A DNA stretch of 61,714 nucleotides, the filler included, from Chiloscyllium plagiosum (taxonomy: Eukaryota): NCBI RefSeq assembly GCF_004010195.1. It is 7 parts of one record of this genome, joined end to end, with 100 filler letters (N's around TTAATTAATTAA, not from the genome) between each part and the next. Parts side by side here need not be neighbours in the genome. Positions count along the whole stretch, not along the records: positions 57,571 to 61,714 come from NC_057716.1; 6 more parts are not named here. One strand, written 5' to 3'. Below, one piece after another: positions 60,222 through 61,714 of the stretch. How positions within the stretch are numbered: the stretch's first letter is position 1; each line of letters opens with the position of its first letter. Under the pieces are notes generated by a model that did no database searches, was not told the DNA's origin, and saw only the letters and a list, made by a program, of their open reading frames with translations. The translations under genes and the position numbers were made by a program.

Positions 60222-60600
60222 GAGAAGAAGGATTTGCATTTATACAGCACTTTTCATAAAATGCCAGGCATCTCCAAATACTTTACAGTCAACATACTAT
60301 TCCTTTAAAGTTAATCACTATGCCATATCAAAAACGTAGCTGTTAATTAGTGCACAGCACGTTCCCACAGACAATAGTGTAATGACCACATTCCCTTTAT
60401 GTTATGTTCATCCAGGAATAAATATGGCTGTTGGGCTCTTCTTCCAAATAACAGCACTGGATCTTTTCTATCTTACCCAGCAGGAAGAGCCATTTCAATT
60501 TAACATTGCAGCTGAAAGATGGTACCTCTGACAGTGCAGCAGACCTCAGCCTAGCAGTGGAGAGTCTAGGTTGATTTTTCCACTTCAGCTGCGGAAGTGG
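60222..60600 (-). mobile_element. Ancient Deu-domain SINE
   Basis: TTGCATTTATACAGCAC...TGCACAGCACGTTCCCACAGAC...GCTCTTCTTCCAAATA...TGAAAGATGGTACCTCTGACAGTGCAGCA; reverse-complement homologue of 53880-54305. Confidence 0.75.
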
Positions 60601-60845
60601 GGCTAGTATCTGAAAGCTTGTGATTTCGGGGCTGACTGTGCACCAATTGAGTCACAGATGACACAATTCTTCAGGAACCTTTTTGTATCCCTTATGTGGA
60701 ACCTGATTAACTGCCCAAGCGATCCTGACAATGACTCATCAGCAAATCCAACAATAGCTCTGCAGCTCATGAACAAACAAATTACCCAGAGGGTACTGCA
60801 TGTACAGAATGCATTACCCAGGGGGATAGTTGAGGCAGAAAACCT

Positions 60846-61019
60846 GAGAATCGACAATTCGTGCAGAAGCATTTCATCAGGAGTGAGGGTCATTCCTGAT
60901 GAAGGGCTTTTGCCCGAAACATTGATTCTCCTGCTCCTTGGATATTGCCTGACCTGCTGTGCTTTTCCAGCACCACACTCACGACTCTGATCTCCAGCAT
61001 CTGCAGTCCTCACTTTCTC
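60846..61019. mobile_element. PLE family A inverted pLTR mini-insert with 15-bp TSD, inside a CR1 tail
   Basis: TGAGGCAGA(A/C)AACCT at 60831-60845 and 61020-61034. Short minus arm 60846-60882; plus arm starts CATTCCTGATGAAGGGCTTTTGCCCGAAAC. Confidence 0.85.
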
Positions 61020-61212
61020 TGAGGCAGACAACCTCGCAATCTTTAAAAGGTACTTGGCTGAGCACTAGAAATGTCACAATAATCAAGGCTATGGGCCTTG
61101 TTTGGGAAAGTGGGACTAGTGTAGACTGAGTGTATCTTTGGGATTATAGATTTGATGGACCAAAGGGCATCTTCTATACAGTGTGATTCTAACTTTAAAT
61201 CACCATAGTGAC

Positions 61213-61714
61213 TGCTGCTGTGGTTCTGTTCGCCGAGCTGGAAGTTTTTGTTGCAAATGTTTCATCCCCTGTCTAGGTGACATCCTCAGTGCTTGGGAGC
61301 CTCCTGTGAAGCGCTTCTGTGGTGTTTCCTCCGGCATTTATAGTGGCCTGTCCCTGCCGCTTCCGGTTGTCAGTTTCAGCTGTCCACTGTAGTGGCCGGT
61401 ATATTGGGTCCAGGTCTATGTGTTTGTTGATGAAGTTTGTGGATGAGTGCCAAGCTTCTAGGAATTCCCTGGCTGTTCTTTGTTTCACTTGCCCTATAAT
61501 GGTAGTGTTGTACCAGTCAAATTCATGTTGCTTGTCGTCTGCATGTGTGGCTACTAAGGATAGCTGGTCGTGGCGTCTCGTGGCTAGTTGATGTTCATGG
61601 ATGCAGATCGTTAGCTGTCTTCCTGTTTGTCCTACATAGTGTTTTGTGCAGTCCTTGCATGGGATTTTGTACACTACATTAGTTTTGCTCATACTGGGTA
61701 TCGGGTCCTTCGTT
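61213..61714 (-). mobile_element. PLE family B 3' end: GIY-YIG endonuclease + pLTR with hammerhead motif (~61252-61293)
   Basis: ORF 61273..61692 NVVYKIPCKDCTKHYVGQTGR...HEHQ...AREFLEAWHS; minus strand GCACTGAGGATGTCACCTAGACAGGGGATGAAACATTTGC. Confidence 0.93.

Overview
Eukaryotic, repeat-dominated DNA from a cartilaginous fish (shark). The assignment rests on HE1/V-SINEs, Deu-domain SINEs and shark-type CR1 tails, recognised from memory rather than by a search. I found no convincing host protein-coding gene. Six artificial 100-nt joins (44 N + TTAATTAATTAA + 44 N) and one 568-N gap break the window, so neighbouring blocks may not be adjacent in the genome. Contents: (i) three tandem arrays (44-bp, 35-bp with a 105-bp higher-order unit, 70-bp) and a ~39-bp VNTR; (ii) many CR1 LINE pieces, including a near-full-length copy and an almost intact ORF1 with an SGNH-esterase domain; (iii) a 5'-complete but disabled L1-clade LINE; (iv) an RTE relic, a heavily decayed Gypsy gag-pro-RT relic and PIF/Harbinger relics (Myb/SANT gene, transposase trace); (v) several Penelope-like element (PLE) families with RT and GIY-YIG fragments. 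The most interesting signal is a dense set of minimal hammerhead-ribozyme motifs from at least three PLE families. Many sit in tiny 95-220 nt inserts flanked by target-site duplications, with breakpoints at the ribozyme edge. Other leads are a possible SINE origin of the 44-bp satellite, an SVA-like VNTR + L2-tail composite element and a candidate conserved enhancer. Nothing here is proven to be a wholly new system; these are leads.
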